A stretch of 64,000 nt of DNA from an uncultured delta proteobacterium (GCA_963737905.1 CAVTUQ010000012.1:96001-160000); one strand, 5' to 3'. Numbered from the stretch's first letter, positions 50,726 through 61,190 are shown. Notes: a model not told the origin generated them from the sequence alone. Program-made: numbers and translations.

Positions 50726-51928
50726 TTAATGGATGCTTTCGACAACGGTGGCGATGCCTTGCCCCACGCCGATGCACATGGTCGCGAGGCCATAACGGCT
50801 GCCGCGCTTTTTCATTTCGTGAATGAGTGTTGTCATGATCCTTGCGCCGCTGCAGCCGAGGGGATGGCCGAGAGCAATCGCCCCGCCGTTAACGTTCAAT
50901 TTCTTAGGATCGATCCCAAGCTCCCGCGTGCAAGCAATCACCTGGGAAGCAAAAGCCTCGTTCAATTCGACCAGATCGATCTGTTCCATGGTCAAACCGG
51001 CTCTTTTCAGCGCTTTCTGCGTGGCGGGAATCGGTCCAATACCCATGTAATTTGGATGAACCCCGGCGGCAGCCGATGCCACGATTCGAACCACGGGCCT
51101 CAGTTTGAGTTGCTCGGCCTTTTGCGGCGTGGTCAGCAAAAGGGCCGCCGCGCCATCGGAAAGAGGAGAGGAGTTTCCAGCCGTGACCGTCCCCCCTTTT
51201 TTGAAAGCGGGTTGCAGCGCTGCGAGCTTTTCCAAAGATGTGTCGGCCCTGGGTCCTTCGTCTTTGCCGTAGACCAGGGGCGAGCCCTTTCTTTGGGCCA
51301 TTTCGAAGGGAACCAGCTCATCCTTGAGGCGCCCTTCTTCGTGGGCCTTGAGGGCTTTTAGGTGACTTCCCAAGGCGAACTCATCCTGTTCTCGCCGGTC
51401 GATCTGATATTTTTCTGCGACGTTCTCTGCGGTCTCGCCGTTATTGATCAGGGAGTAGAGTTCTGCCATACGGCGGTTGGGAAAGCGCCAACCCAGCGAG
51501 CTGTCGTACAACGTTACGTCGCCACGCTGGAAGGCGTTCGACGGCTTGGCCATCACCCAGGGTCCGCGGGTCATGCTCTCGACACCGCCGGCGACAAAAA
51601 GGTCGCCGTGGTCGGTTTGGATGGCTCGTCCAGCCTGATTGATCGCCTCCAATCCGGACCCGCACAAACGATTTACGGTGGCGCCTGGGATCGTATAGGG
51701 CAGCCCTGCGAGAAGCGACGCGTTGCGCGCGACGTTGCGGGAATCCTCGCCCGCTTGGTTTGTACAGCCGAAGTAGACGTCTTCGATTTCATCTTTGTTG
51801 ATTCCGGTCTTGTCGATCAATTTAGCGATGATATAGGCGCCCAGGTCGTCGGTTCGAACGTCTTTCAAAATTCCACCGTGGCGGCCCATGGGCGTGCGCA
51901 CGGCTTCAACGATGACGGCTTCTTTCAT
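50726..51928 (-). CDS. Acetyl-CoA C-acyltransferase (PaaJ/PcaF-like thiolase)
   Basis: NQAGED, NRLCGSG, NEAF, GHPLG, CIGVGQG. Confidence 0.93.
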   Translation of the reverse strand: MKEAVIVEAVRTPMGRHGGILKDVRTDDLGAYIIAKLIDKTGINKDEIEDVYFGCTNQAGEDSRNVARNASLLAGLPYTIPGATVNRLCGSGLEAINQAGRAIQTDHGDLFVAGGVESMTRGPWVMAKPSNAFQRGDVTLYDSSLGWRFPNRRMAELYSLINNGETAENVAEKYQIDRREQDEFALGSHLKALKAHEEGRLKDELVPFEMAQRKGSPLVYGKDEGPRADTSLEKLAALQPAFKKGGTVTAGNSSPLSDGAAALLLTTPQKAEQLKLRPVVRIVASAAAGVHPNYMGIGPIPATQKALKRAGLTMEQIDLVELNEAFASQVIACTRELGIDPKKLNVNGGAIALGHPLGCSGARIMTTLIHEMKKRGSRYGLATMCIGVGQGIATVVESIH

Positions 51929-52671
51929 GGCTTCACCTGACCTTCGTTATAGGAATAAAAACCTTTGCCGCGAGTCTCGCCGAGAAATCCCGCGATGACC
52001 AATTTCTTCAGCAGGGGCGCCGGCCGGTAACGATCTTCTCCCGTTTCACGCTGCAGACCTTCGAGGACCGCCAGGACTTCATCCAAACCTATCTGATCCG
52101 CCCAGCGAAGTGGACCGTTGGGATAATTCACACCGAGCCGCATAGCGACGTCGATCTCCTCCGCGGTGGCGACTCCTTCTTCTAGACTCCTCGCCGCTTC
52201 ATTGATGATCAAACTTAGAATGCGCGGGAAAGTCAACCCCGGTGTATCTTTGACACGAACGGTCTCCTTGCCGATGGATTTGAAGATTCGCTCGGCGCTT
52301 TGAATCGCGCTCTCCGCGGTTCGCATGCCCGCCGCCAACTCAATGACTTTTCGGTCCTTGAACGGGGAGAAAGTCGCAAAACCCACGATGCGTTCAGGTT
52401 TCGTCGTCCACGAAGCCATCAGGGTAGTTGCAAAACCAAGGCAAGAAGTGATGATCACGGCCGGGGCAGGCATCGCCAAATCGAGCCGTTGAAGAATCGA
52501 TTTTTTCTTCTCAATAGGACTCGAACTTGTCTCAATGACCACGGGTGTCGTCGGAGTAAGCTCAGCCAGATCCGAAAGCAGGACCGCGTCCTGCCCCGCT
52601 CCGCGACTGAGTTCGAGCAGCTCTTGACACAAACGGCTTTCGCCGATAATGGCGAGACTATTTTTTGTCAT
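51925..52671 (-). CDS. 3-hydroxyacyl-CoA dehydrogenase-like protein (degenerate NAD-binding part)
   Basis: [31 protein letters not shown]; no GxGxxG. Confidence 0.85.
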   Translation of the reverse strand: MTKNSLAIIGESRLCQELLELSRGAGQDAVLLSDLAELTPTTPVVIETSSSPIEKKKSILQRLDLAMPAPAVIITSCLGFATTLMASWTTKPERIVGFATFSPFKDRKVIELAAGMRTAESAIQSAERIFKSIGKETVRVKDTPGLTFPRILSLIINEAARSLEEGVATAEEIDVAMRLGVNYPNGPLRWADQIGLDEVLAVLEGLQRETGEDRYRPAPLLKKLVIAGFLGETRGKGFYSYNEGQVKP

Positions 52672-53524
52672 AGACGTAAAAACCCCGACCCGTTTTCCTT
52701 CCGAGATTTCCACCCATGACCATTTTGTACTGAATGGGGCTTGGGCGAAACCTCGGATCTTCAAAAAAAGATCGGTAGAGCGACTCCGTCGCCGCAAAGT
52801 TGACGTCGTGCCCGATCAAATCCATCAACTCAAAAGGACCCATGCGGAAATTACCCGCCAGTCTCATGATGCGATCAATGGTTTCAACCGTGGCATCCCC
52901 GTCACCCAATATCCGCAGCGCCTCGTTATAGAAGGGACGGGCAACGCGGTTAACGATAAAACCTGGAGTGTCTTTGGCGCGGGCTGGGGTTTTGCCCATC
53001 TGGCGGATTAGGTCAGCTGCCTTGTCGATCGCTTCTGAGGCTGTGCGGTCGCCCTGAACGACCTCCACCAATGCCATCAGCGGCGGAGGATTGAAGAAGT
53101 GCAGACCTAGAACTCTTTCCGGATTTTGAGTGTTCGCCGCGATGGCCGTAACGGAAAAAGAAGACGTGTTCGTGGCCAGCAAGGTCTCCCGGCCGCATAT
53201 TCCGTCCAGTTGCTTGAAAACATCACGCTTGAGCTCTAATTTTTCGGGGACCGCCTCGATGACTAGACTGCTTCCTTCGAAGTTTTCGAGTTTGGTTGTG
53301 CCGTGAAGCCGGTCAAGAATTTGTTTTTCCTGATCCGCCGCGATTTTCCCTCGCTCGCGGCTTCCCTGAAGGAAACTACGAATACGTTCTAAGCCTTTGT
53401 CGATAAATTCTTGAGAGATATCATAGAGTAAAGTTTCAAAGCCCGCTTGCGCGGCCACCTGGGCGATGCCCGCGCCCATGGTGCCGGCTCCCAGGACGCC
53501 GATTTTTTCAAGTTTATCGCTCAT
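52658..53524 (-). CDS. 3-hydroxyacyl-CoA dehydrogenase (PaaH-like)
   Basis: [33 protein letters not shown]. Confidence 0.93.
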   Translation of the reverse strand: MSDKLEKIGVLGAGTMGAGIAQVAAQAGFETLLYDISQEFIDKGLERIRSFLQGSRERGKIAADQEKQILDRLHGTTKLENFEGSSLVIEAVPEKLELKRDVFKQLDGICGRETLLATNTSSFSVTAIAANTQNPERVLGLHFFNPPPLMALVEVVQGDRTASEAIDKAADLIRQMGKTPARAKDTPGFIVNRVARPFYNEALRILGDGDATVETIDRIMRLAGNFRMGPFELMDLIGHDVNFAATESLYRSFFEDPRFRPSPIQYKMVMGGNLGRKTGRGFYVYDKK

Positions 53525-53535
53525 GCTCGTCGAGT

Positions 53536-54319
53536 CTATTTCCCCGTGAATATCGGCGCGCGTTTCTCCAAAAATGCGCGCACTCCCTCGTCATAGTCAG
53601 TGCTTCTTCCGGCGATCTCTTGCAAATGGGACTCGTATTCCAGGTCGGCCTCAAGACCTGGTAGAATCGCGTGGTTCAACGCTCGCTTGATAAGACCTAC
53701 GCCGCGGGGCGCGCAAGCGACTCTTGCCCCAATTTCCTTGGTCGCCTTGACAAATTCTCCTGCCGGGAAAACCTTAGCGACGAGTCCGATACGCTGGGCC
53801 TCGCGCGCATCTACCGTCTCGCCGAGAAGGAGCAGCTCCATGGCTTTGCTCAGGCCCACGAGGCGCGGCAAGATAAAACTACCGCCCGAGTCCGGCGCCA
53901 ATCCGACGCGCACAAAGGACTGTATAAATTTCGCTTCTTCCGAAGCGACCCGCAAATCACAGGCCAGAGCCAAATTACAACCTGCGCCGGCGGCGACGCC
54001 GTTGACGGCGGCGATGACGATCTTTTCCATCTGCCGGATCTGCCGGATCATCGGGTTGTACTTCTCGCGCAACGAAGCGCCGAGGGAACCTTTCTGATCC
54101 GGCGTCCGGCCCTTGAGATCTTGTCCGGCGCAAAAGGCCCGTCCTGCGCCGGTGATGACGAAGCAACGGACTTCTTTATCGCGGTCCCCTTCTTTCAATA
54201 CATCTAGCACTTCCTTGTTCATTTGTGGAACAAAGGCGTTGAGGGCTTGCGGGCGATTGAGCGTAATGGTAGCGACGCCGCCTTCTTTCTTTCGTAAAGG
54301 ATCGGTTTCGTAGTGCCAC
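53536..54319 (-). CDS. Enoyl-CoA hydratase/isomerase (PaaG-like); N-terminus broken by indels near 54290-54312
   Basis: [10 protein letters not shown] upstream in frame; [23 protein letters not shown]. Confidence 0.85.
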
Positions 54320-54336
54320 AGCGAAGTCTCGACTAC

Positions 54337-55110
54337 TTACCTGCCTTTGAACTCCGGCTTACGCTTTTCGAGAAAGGCTTTCATCCCTTCTTTGCGATCC
54401 TCTGAGGCGAACAACATGTAAAACGATTTGCGTTCAAACTCGAGGCCTTCATCGAGAGCGGTGTTGGCAGACTTCAGTACAGCTTCCTTGACCGCTTTTA
54501 CGGCGAGAACGGGCTTCGCGGCGATCTTCTTCGCGATGTTCTTGGCTTCGTCGAGCAGCAGCTCAACGGGGACAACGCGGTTCACTAAGCCGAAGCGTTC
54601 GGCATCGGCAGCGCTCATCGTTTCTCCCGTCAATACCATTTCCATGGCCCGATATTTTCCCACGGTTCGGGTGAGCCGTTGGGTTCCGCCGCTACCCGGA
54701 ATGATTCCCAGATTAACCTCCGGTTGGCCGAAGCGCGCAGTCTCCGAAGCGATAATGATGTCACAACTCATGGCGAGTTCACAGCCGCCCCCTAAAGCGA
54801 AGCCGCTCACAGCGGCAATAACGGGCTTAGTAATGCGGTTGATGCGATCCCGATACGCCAATCGCTCTTGAATTCTTGCATCGAAGGGACCTCGATCGGC
54901 CATTTCTTTGATGTCGGCGCCGGCAGCAAACACTTTCTCTCCGCCGGTAACGATCATGACTCGGACTTCGTCATCATGATCGAGCTCCTGCATCGCCAGG
55001 GACAGGTCCTTGACTAGGTCGTAGGAGAGGGCATTCAGTTGCTGGGGCCGGTTGAGAGTGAGGACTGCAATGGAAGTGTCTTTTTCAACGATGACGTTTT
55101 CAAATTCCAT
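54337..55110 (-). CDS. Enoyl-CoA hydratase (PaaF-like)
   Basis: [34 protein letters not shown]. Confidence 0.93.
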   Translation of the reverse strand: MEFENVIVEKDTSIAVLTLNRPQQLNALSYDLVKDLSLAMQELDHDDEVRVMIVTGGEKVFAAGADIKEMADRGPFDARIQERLAYRDRINRITKPVIAAVSGFALGGGCELAMSCDIIIASETARFGQPEVNLGIIPGSGGTQRLTRTVGKYRAMEMVLTGETMSAADAERFGLVNRVVPVELLLDEAKNIAKKIAAKPVLAVKAVKEAVLKSANTALDEGLEFERKSFYMLFASEDRKEGMKAFLEKRKPEFKGR

Positions 55111-55287
55111 ACAATCCAGACTTTTATAAATACACCATGGAACCAGGGGATTCAAGGTAAGTGAGAGTGCGCGTGCCGAGGAGAAAGCCTCGTAAAATCA
55201 TTGGCCTATGAAACATTTGGTCTTAGAACCGGCCAGGATCGTGAAGTTGACACCCCCCGGGTGATTTGCAAATATAGAGGCTCATCC

Positions 55288-55971
55288 ATGTCCAATCGGC
55301 TCGAACCCACTTCCCGTAGTTATGACGAAAAACTCCAGCGTATATTAAAAATTTCGGCAAAAATCTTTGCCGAAAAAGGATTTCACCGCACCTCGGTGCG
55401 GGACATCTCCCGCTCGACAAAAATGAGTTTGGCGGGGCTCTATTACTACTTTTCGACCAAGGAAGAGCTGCTTTATCTCATTCAAGAACGCTGTTTCGTT
55501 ACTCTACTACAGCGTTGGGAGCGCGCCGCGACGCCTGATATGGACGTCCGTACTCGCATTCGACTTTTTGCTGAAAACCATTTGAGTTTTTTCTGCCACA
55601 ACATGCACGAGATGAAGGTGATGGCGCACGAGGATGAGTCCCTCACGGGCGAATTCCAGGTCAAGATCTTGGTCCTCAAGCGGCGCTACGTAAAAGTCAT
55701 CATGGATCTTATCCGGGAACTCCAAGATCAAGAAGGTGGAAAGGGCATGGATCTACGGGTGGCGACTTTCTCTCTGTTCGGCATGATGAACTGGATCTAT
55801 ACCTGGTATCAGCCAAAACGAGACTTAGCGCTTCCCCAACTGATGGAGCAGATGCTGCGGATCTACTTCTTCGGTGTCCTGCAGGGAGGAGCGGTTGAGG
55901 CGCCTTGGTTCAATGCAACTTCTGGTACTTCGAGCAAGGAAACGTTTTCTCTCTGGCATAATAATCAGTAG
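55288..55971 (+). CDS. TetR/AcrR-family regulator divergent from the paa-like operon
   Basis: FAEKGFHRTSVRDI, LYYYFSTKEELL, GMMNWIYTWY. Confidence 0.92.
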   Translation: MSNRLEPTSRSYDEKLQRILKISAKIFAEKGFHRTSVRDISRSTKMSLAGLYYYFSTKEELLYLIQERCFVTLLQRWERAATPDMDVRTRIRLFAENHLSFFCHNMHEMKVMAHEDESLTGEFQVKILVLKRRYVKVIMDLIRELQDQEGGKGMDLRVATFSLFGMMNWIYTWYQPKRDLALPQLMEQMLRIYFFGVLQGGAVEAPWFNATSGTSSKETFSLWHNNQ

Positions 55972-55974
55972 ACG

Positions 55975-56020
55975 TTACCCCTCACCCCTCACCCTTCACG
56001 TAAGGGGTTAGGGTTGAGGG
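55975..56020. repeat. Heptamer fold-back repeat (TCACCCC)n ... (GGGGTTA)n
   Basis: ttacccc tcacccc tcaccct tcac / ggggtta gggttga ggg. Confidence 0.65.
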
Positions 56021-56034
56021 AAATCTAAAAGACT

Positions 56035-56562
56035 ATGATTCGTATTGGCGATAAGGCACCGAATTTCACCTTGAAGGGAATTTTCCAAGGAACGGTCGCG
56101 GATTTTACGATTCAATCTTTTCCGGGGAAATGGCTGATCCTCTTCTTCTATCCCGCTGATTTTACATTCATCTGTCCCACTGAAGTGGCTGGATTCAGCA
56201 AGGCGGCACATGAATTTCGCGCCGAGGATGCCGAAATTCTCGGGGTCAGCGTTGATTCGCTGGAAAGTCATCGAAAATGGGCGGAAGAATTGGGCGGCGT
56301 GAACTACCCACTTCTCAGCGACGACCAAAAAAATGTCAGCCGCGCCTACAACGTGTTGGACGAGAAAGATGGGGTCTGTTTGAGAGCCACGTTCATCATC
56401 AATCCTGCCGGAGAAGTCAGTTATTTAGTCGTAAGCCACACTAATGTGGGACGCAGCGTGGAAGAAACTCTGCGCGTGCTCAAGGCGCTGCGCACGGAGC
56501 GTCTCTGTCCCTCCGACTGGAAACCCGGCGAAGCCACCGGCGATCTCACGCTCAAGTACTGA
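56035..56562 (+). CDS. ahpC: 2-Cys peroxiredoxin
   Basis: FFYPADFTFICPTE, GRSVEE, LCPSDW. Confidence 0.92.
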   Translation: MIRIGDKAPNFTLKGIFQGTVADFTIQSFPGKWLILFFYPADFTFICPTEVAGFSKAAHEFRAEDAEILGVSVDSLESHRKWAEELGGVNYPLLSDDQKNVSRAYNVLDEKDGVCLRATFIINPAGEVSYLVVSHTNVGRSVEETLRVLKALRTERLCPSDWKPGEATGDLTLKY

Positions 56563-56567
56563 TGGCA

Positions 56568-56596
56568 AGATAGAAAGATAGCGGATAGAAGATAGC
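56568..56596. repeat. Heptamer-like repeat (AGATAGN)n
   Basis: agatagaa agatagc ggataga agatagc. Confidence 0.5.
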
Positions 56597-56634
56597 GACG
56601 TTTGATTTTCTTTCCGCCATCTCAAATTTAAACA

Positions 56635-57363
56635 ATGTCTCTCGAGGCCATTGAGCAAAAGAAAGACCTCATCGAAAGTCGGGCTCGCATACGCGAGTTC
56701 GTTTTCGGCATTCAAGACGGTTTGATGAGCACCGTGGGGCTGCTGACCGGAGTCCAGGGTGCCACCGAAAGCACTGCAGTTGTCATTATCACGGGCTTCA
56801 CGGCGATGTTTTCGGGGGCGATTTCCATGGCGGCCGGATCTTACCTTTCATCGAGCGCGGAGAAAGATATCTTCGACAAGGAACTGCGCGATGCCGAAGT
56901 GCTGGCGGAAAGGGAACCCTATTTGGCTGCCGAGGGATTGCTGAAGGCTTTGAATCAGGAAGGTTTGGCGCGGGAGCAGAGTTATAACGTCGTCAAGGTT
57001 CTCTTGCGCCAGCAGCACGCATTTCTAAGGACTTTTCAGGAAAAAGTCTTCGGCCTCGGATCGGCGGAAATTAACCGGCCTCTCCAAGGGGCTTTGGTCA
57101 TGGCAGCTTCGTTCGTGATCGGCGCTTCCGTGCCGATCGTGCCTTATCTGCTGGTCGCAGGCCGAACCGCTTTGATTCTTTCGATTGTGCTCTCGGGTTT
57201 CGTCCTCTTTGGGGTGGGGTTCGTCAAAGGCCGCTTGGCGGCGAAGTCGCCGGCGCGGTCCGGCGCCCAGTTCTTCGCGATTGCCGTGGGCGCTGCGCTC
57301 CTGGGATATCTGATCGGCTTGGTCGTCCAACATTTCTTTCCTGACATTTCGATTCCGGCGTGA
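56635..57363 (+). CDS. VIT1/CCC1 family iron/manganese transporter
   Basis: VFGIQDGL, GAISMAAGSYLS, SFVIGA.VP..PY. Confidence 0.9.
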   Translation: MSLEAIEQKKDLIESRARIREFVFGIQDGLMSTVGLLTGVQGATESTAVVIITGFTAMFSGAISMAAGSYLSSSAEKDIFDKELRDAEVLAEREPYLAAEGLLKALNQEGLAREQSYNVVKVLLRQQHAFLRTFQEKVFGLGSAEINRPLQGALVMAASFVIGASVPIVPYLLVAGRTALILSIVLSGFVLFGVGFVKGRLAAKSPARSGAQFFAIAVGAALLGYLIGLVVQHFFPDISIPA

Positions 57364-57384
57364 CGGCGACTGGTTTTTTTCCTC

Positions 57385-57596
57385 TTAGTCGATCAGACTT
57401 CTAAGCAACGTTAGATTTTCCCGATCCTCGGCTAGGTCCGGCCCTTTAGGCGTTTCGAGGCACATGGGGAGACCCCAGAAGCGTTTGTCGTTCACGAGAA
57501 ACCGGAACGCGTCGACGCCGATGTGGCCTTTCCCGATGTGCTCATGACGGTCTACGCGAGAATTGAACTCCTTCTTCGAATCGTTCAGATGGAACC
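57385..57596 (-). pseudogene. Duplicated 3' end of nfo (island boundary)
   Basis: FHLNDSKKEFNSRVDRHEHIGKGHIG...CLETPKG...LLRSLID*, near-identical in protein to the nfo C-terminus at 61191-61405. Confidence 0.9.
57518..57564. repeat. 47-bp direct repeat core (copy 1; copy 2 at 61327-61373)
   Basis: ccgatgtggcctttcccgatgtgctcatgacggtctacgcgagaatt identical in both copies; flanks differ mostly at synonymous positions. Confidence 0.9.
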
Positions 57597-57643
57597 CACA
57601 AAGCGTTCGATCCTGACAAAACGGGCTCACGATAGGGGGAACA

Positions 57644-60475
57644 ATGGTTGTCACCCAAGAACTTTTCGCTGCATACCTGAACTGCCCGACAAAGGCATAT
57701 CTCATGAGCTCAGCAATCCCAACGGAGCAGACTAAATTCAGGAGGTGGAAAGCGGATATTCAAAATAGGCTACGACAACAAGGAGTAGAGTTACTTCGAA
57801 AACAAAGCCGCCTCGAAATCAAAGAAAGTCCTACGGCAGACGATCTTTCAGCGAAAGAGTCTGCTCTTTACGTAAATTGCTCTATTGGATTTGAAGAGCT
57901 GAGATCGGTGATTGACGCTGTTGAAAAAATAGACTTACCAGGCAGAAAGAGTCAATTGCTTCCCTGTCGATGTCAATTAGACAAACGCGCGGAGAGACAT
58001 GAAAAGCTCCTATTGGCTTATGATGCCCTATGTCTACAAGCCTTCACAGGAGTACCTATCCGTGCGGGCAAGTTGGTCGACGGGATTAGTAAACGTGCAA
58101 AGAAAGTTCAACTAAATAGCCAGCTCAAAGCGGTGCAGGACCATGTTCGACGACTGACAGAGCTGCTTGGACAAGCAAAGGAACCGCCGCTGATCCTGAA
58201 CAGACATTGCGTCGAATGTGAATTCCGAGCGCGGTGTCGTGAGAAGGCTGCGGAGACGGACGATTTGAGCCTCCTTTCCAAAATGAGCCTTAAAGAGCGA
58301 CAAAAGTTACAAGGCAAAGGAATCTTCACAGTCCAGCAACTTTCCTACACGTTTAGGCCAAGGAGACGACGCAAAAGCCCCCGTTCAAATGCAGACAATT
58401 TCTCCTATGCCCTAAGAGCACTGGCGATTCGAGAAAATAAAATCCATGTCGCCGGAACGCCCACTTTTACGATTCAAGGCGATGACTGCTTTTTGGACGT
58501 GGAGGGCATTCCCGATTATGGATTCTATTATCTCGCCGGGCTACGGTTTCGTCTCAACGGCCAGCCAATCCAACATTCATTTTGGGCGGGCGACCGTTGC
58601 GACGAGGAAACTATGTGGAACGACCTAGTCACGAACTTACGTGCGAGTGGGTTTCGCCGAATTATTCATTTCGGAAACTTCGAAAAGGAGTTTCTGATAG
58701 CCATGACCAAGCGTTATTGTAAGTCAAAGGAACAATCGGAATATGTTGAAAGTTTGGTCCAGCAGACGGTTAACCTTTTGTCGGTAATCTACAGCCGAAT
58801 CTATTTTCCGACGTCTTCGAATAGCCTAAAAGATATTGCTCGCTACCTGGGACACAGATGGCCGGATGAAATTGGAAGCGGCTATGAAGCATTGCTCGCC
58901 CGTCATTACTGGGAAGCCTCAAGAGAGCTGAGCGTCAAGGAAGCCCTCCTGAGTTATAACATCAGCGATTGCGAAGCTCTCCATTTGGTTGCGGACTGCG
59001 TCTCTAAAATGTGTGGTCAATTATCAACCGCGGGACCGAATGACGATTCTAAATTTGTCGATACCAATAAATTGAGGGGATGGGGACCGTTCAAGTTTGG
59101 ACAGCTGAATTGTGCGATACCAGACTTTGAATACATCAATCGCGCCTCTTACTGGGACTATCAGCGCGAGCGAATCGTTTTTCGGTCGCGACGCTTACGC
59201 AAGCGGATTCGTATGCACACCTCTAGTAGACGGATAAAATACCGGGCAAATAAGGCAATCGCTCATCGACGAACTATTGCTTGTCCCTACTGTAAGTCGC
59301 GAGAGATTTATAAGTGGGGACCGAGAAATAAGACGGTCTATGATCTCAAGTTTTCTCCAGCCGGCGTAAAGCGTTGGGTCGTAAATTATCAATTTGATCG
59401 GCACAAATGCTGGCAATGCAGGAAAACTTTTATGCCTCCAAGGAAACCTTGGACGCGAAGCAAATACGGAGATGGTTTGATACGATACTTAGTTTTTCTC
59501 ACGGTTGACCTGCAAATTTCACAAAGAGCCGCAAAAAAGTTAATAAATCAGTTCTTTGGTTTGGACCTATCAGGGGAATCTGCCGGGAGGTTTAAAAAGA
59601 CTGCCGCCGCCTTTTATAAAGTAACTTACAACAAAATATTGCAAAATATAGTCAAGAGTCCCTTGGCCCATGTTGATGAAACGAAGGTTAGTCTCAATGG
59701 TCGAAGTGCTTATGTCTGGGTCTTAGCGAATCACGAAGATGTAGCTTACTTTGTTTCAGAGAGCCGCGAGGGCGCAAAGGTTCAAGATATCCTGAATAAA
59801 TTCAAGGGTATCTTGGTTTCTGACTTTTACAGTCTTTACGACTCTTTCGAATGTCCACAGCAAAAATGCCTCATTCACTTGCTGCGGGATTTAAACGATG
59901 ATCTCTTGCGTGAACCATTCAATGAAGAACTTAAGTCGGTAGTCAACGGTTTTGCGTCTTTGGTTAAACCGATCGTTGAAACCGTGGATCGATATGGACT
60001 CAAGTGTCGTTTCATGAAAAAACACAAACGGTCAGTGGGCAGGTTTTACCGTTGGCTGACAAGGACCAATTTTGAGACGGAAGTGGGCGTCGGCTATAAA
60101 AAACGATTTGAGAAAAATAGACAGAAACTTTTTACTTTCTTGGAATACGATGATGTCCCATGGAACAACAACGCGGCGGAGCATGCCATTAAAGCCTTCG
60201 CGACGCTCCGACGCGTGTTTGGAGGTAGTAGCACGGAACGTGGCATCCAAGATTATCTTGTTCTGCTCAGCGTGTGTGAGACATGTCGTTATCGAGGAAT
60301 AAAGTTTTGGGACTTTTTGTGTTCTGGTTACAAAGACGTGGACGCCTATGTCAAAAGTCAACGGCTTCATAGACGCCGGGTTACCAAGACAAGTATGCTG
60401 AAATCCAGAAACGCAATTATCTCGCAAAGCGATGGCAATGTATGCCAAGTTGGGGAGGCTTCTGAGCAGTATTAG
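57644..60475 (+). CDS. Fusion of TM0106/RecB-Cas4-like domain, RNase H-like exonuclease domain, zinc ribbon and IS66-type DDE transposase
   Basis: YLNCPTK + HCVECEFRARC; FLDVEG, IHFGNFE, SLKDIA, YNISDC; CPYC...CWQC; HVDET, LVSDFY, QKCLIHLLRD, NNAAEHAIK. Confidence 0.85.
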   Translation: MVVTQELFAAYLNCPTKAYLMSSAIPTEQTKFRRWKADIQNRLRQQGVELLRKQSRLEIKESPTADDLSAKESALYVNCSIGFEELRSVIDAVEKIDLPGRKSQLLPCRCQLDKRAERHEKLLLAYDALCLQAFTGVPIRAGKLVDGISKRAKKVQLNSQLKAVQDHVRRLTELLGQAKEPPLILNRHCVECEFRARCREKAAETDDLSLLSKMSLKERQKLQGKGIFTVQQLSYTFRPRRRRKSPRSNADNFSYALRALAIRENKIHVAGTPTFTIQGDDCFLDVEGIPDYGFYYLAGLRFRLNGQPIQHSFWAGDRCDEETMWNDLVTNLRASGFRRIIHFGNFEKEFLIAMTKRYCKSKEQSEYVESLVQQTVNLLSVIYSRIYFPTSSNSLKDIARYLGHRWPDEIGSGYEALLARHYWEASRELSVKEALLSYNISDCEALHLVADCVSKMCGQLSTAGPNDDSKFVDTNKLRGWGPFKFGQLNCAIPDFEYINRASYWDYQRERIVFRSRRLRKRIRMHTSSRRIKYRANKAIAHRRTIACPYCKSREIYKWGPRNKTVYDLKFSPAGVKRWVVNYQFDRHKCWQCRKTFMPPRKPWTRSKYGDGLIRYLVFLTVDLQISQRAAKKLINQFFGLDLSGESAGRFKKTAAAFYKVTYNKILQNIVKSPLAHVDETKVSLNGRSAYVWVLANHEDVAYFVSESREGAKVQDILNKFKGILVSDFYSLYDSFECPQQKCLIHLLRDLNDDLLREPFNEELKSVVNGFASLVKPIVETVDRYGLKCRFMKKHKRSVGRFYRWLTRTNFETEVGVGYKKRFEKNRQKLFTFLEYDDVPWNNNAAEHAIKAFATLRRVFGGSSTERGIQDYLVLLSVCETCRYRGIKFWDFLCSGYKDVDAYVKSQRLHRRRVTKTSMLKSRNAIISQSDGNVCQVGEASEQY

Positions 60476-60594
60476 GATTCCCGATCTTCCGCCGGACCAT
60501 GCGCTGTTTCGAGGCGCATCCCGATGCCGATGTGGTGATGGAAAGCTGCTTCTGGTATGCTTTTGCTGCTGACGAGAGGGCGAAAAGTCTGTTT

Positions 60595-60822
60595 ATGAAT
60601 ATGCCTAGCCATGAAGAATTATATGATCGCTTCGTAAAAGGCCTGGAGTCTAAACACAGAGGAGCCTTTGCTGCCGTTCGCCCGGACGGAAAAGTTATTG
60701 TTGACAAGGACGATGTCAAAGTCGTGGACCGAGCGCTTAAGCAATTTGGCCCCGGTAATTTCGTGTTGTTAAAGGTTGGCAGTAGGGGAGTGGGGAAATG
60801 GCGCAGTCAACGACGGTTGTGA
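60595..60822 (+). CDS. Small DUF5678-like protein
   Basis: LESKHRGAFAAV..DGKVIV; overlaps the protease gene. Confidence 0.55.
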   Translation: MNMPSHEELYDRFVKGLESKHRGAFAAVRPDGKVIVDKDDVKVVDRALKQFGPGNFVLLKVGSRGVGKWRSQRRL

Positions 60823-61163
60823 CGCCCGCATATCCGTATGTCGAGGTCGAGTTTGCCGTCGGCGCTTTTCGTTCTTCAACCGTTCTCGCCTATGTCGATA
60901 CAGGCTTTGACGGTTATCTGATTATTCCCAATACACAAACATCGCTTCTTGGTCCGCCACAATTCTTTGCGCCCTGGGAGCTTGGAGATGGGTCGGTCGT
61001 GCAGGCGCAGGAATACCGCGGTGATATCCTGATCTCCGGATTGAGCATAAGCATTCCCGCCCGCATTACACTAATAGGGGAAGAATACCTGTTGGGTCGT
61101 GGCGTTGTAGACCACGTGCGTATGACGTTTGATCATGGCCAGCGGCTGTTGTTGGAAGCGTGA
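60798..61163 (+). CDS. Clan AA (retropepsin-like) aspartyl protease
   Basis: AYVDTGFDG, LGDGS, YLLGR. Confidence 0.85.
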   Translation: MAQSTTVVTPAYPYVEVEFAVGAFRSSTVLAYVDTGFDGYLIIPNTQTSLLGPPQFFAPWELGDGSVVQAQEYRGDILISGLSISIPARITLIGEEYLLGRGVVDHVRMTFDHGQRLLLEA

Positions 61164-61190
61164 AGCCCCTCCCCTTGGCTCACTGTTTCT

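Larger units (their letters stand above)
57597..61190. mobile_element. Small genomic island at the nfo 3' end
   Basis: Bounded by duplicated nfo 3' ends; large gene visibly AT-richer than flanks; carries a DDE-domain fusion. Confidence 0.7.

Noticed and set aside
35308-51940. Long antisense ORFs (35308-36369, 46834-47727, 50441-51361, 51362-51940)
   Set aside because: Shadows of well-supported genes on the opposite strand in GC-rich DNA; no recognisable motifs
57597-60600. Canonical IS66 element
   Set aside because: No tnpA/tnpB genes, GTAA-type terminal repeats or 8-bp target duplication recognised by eye
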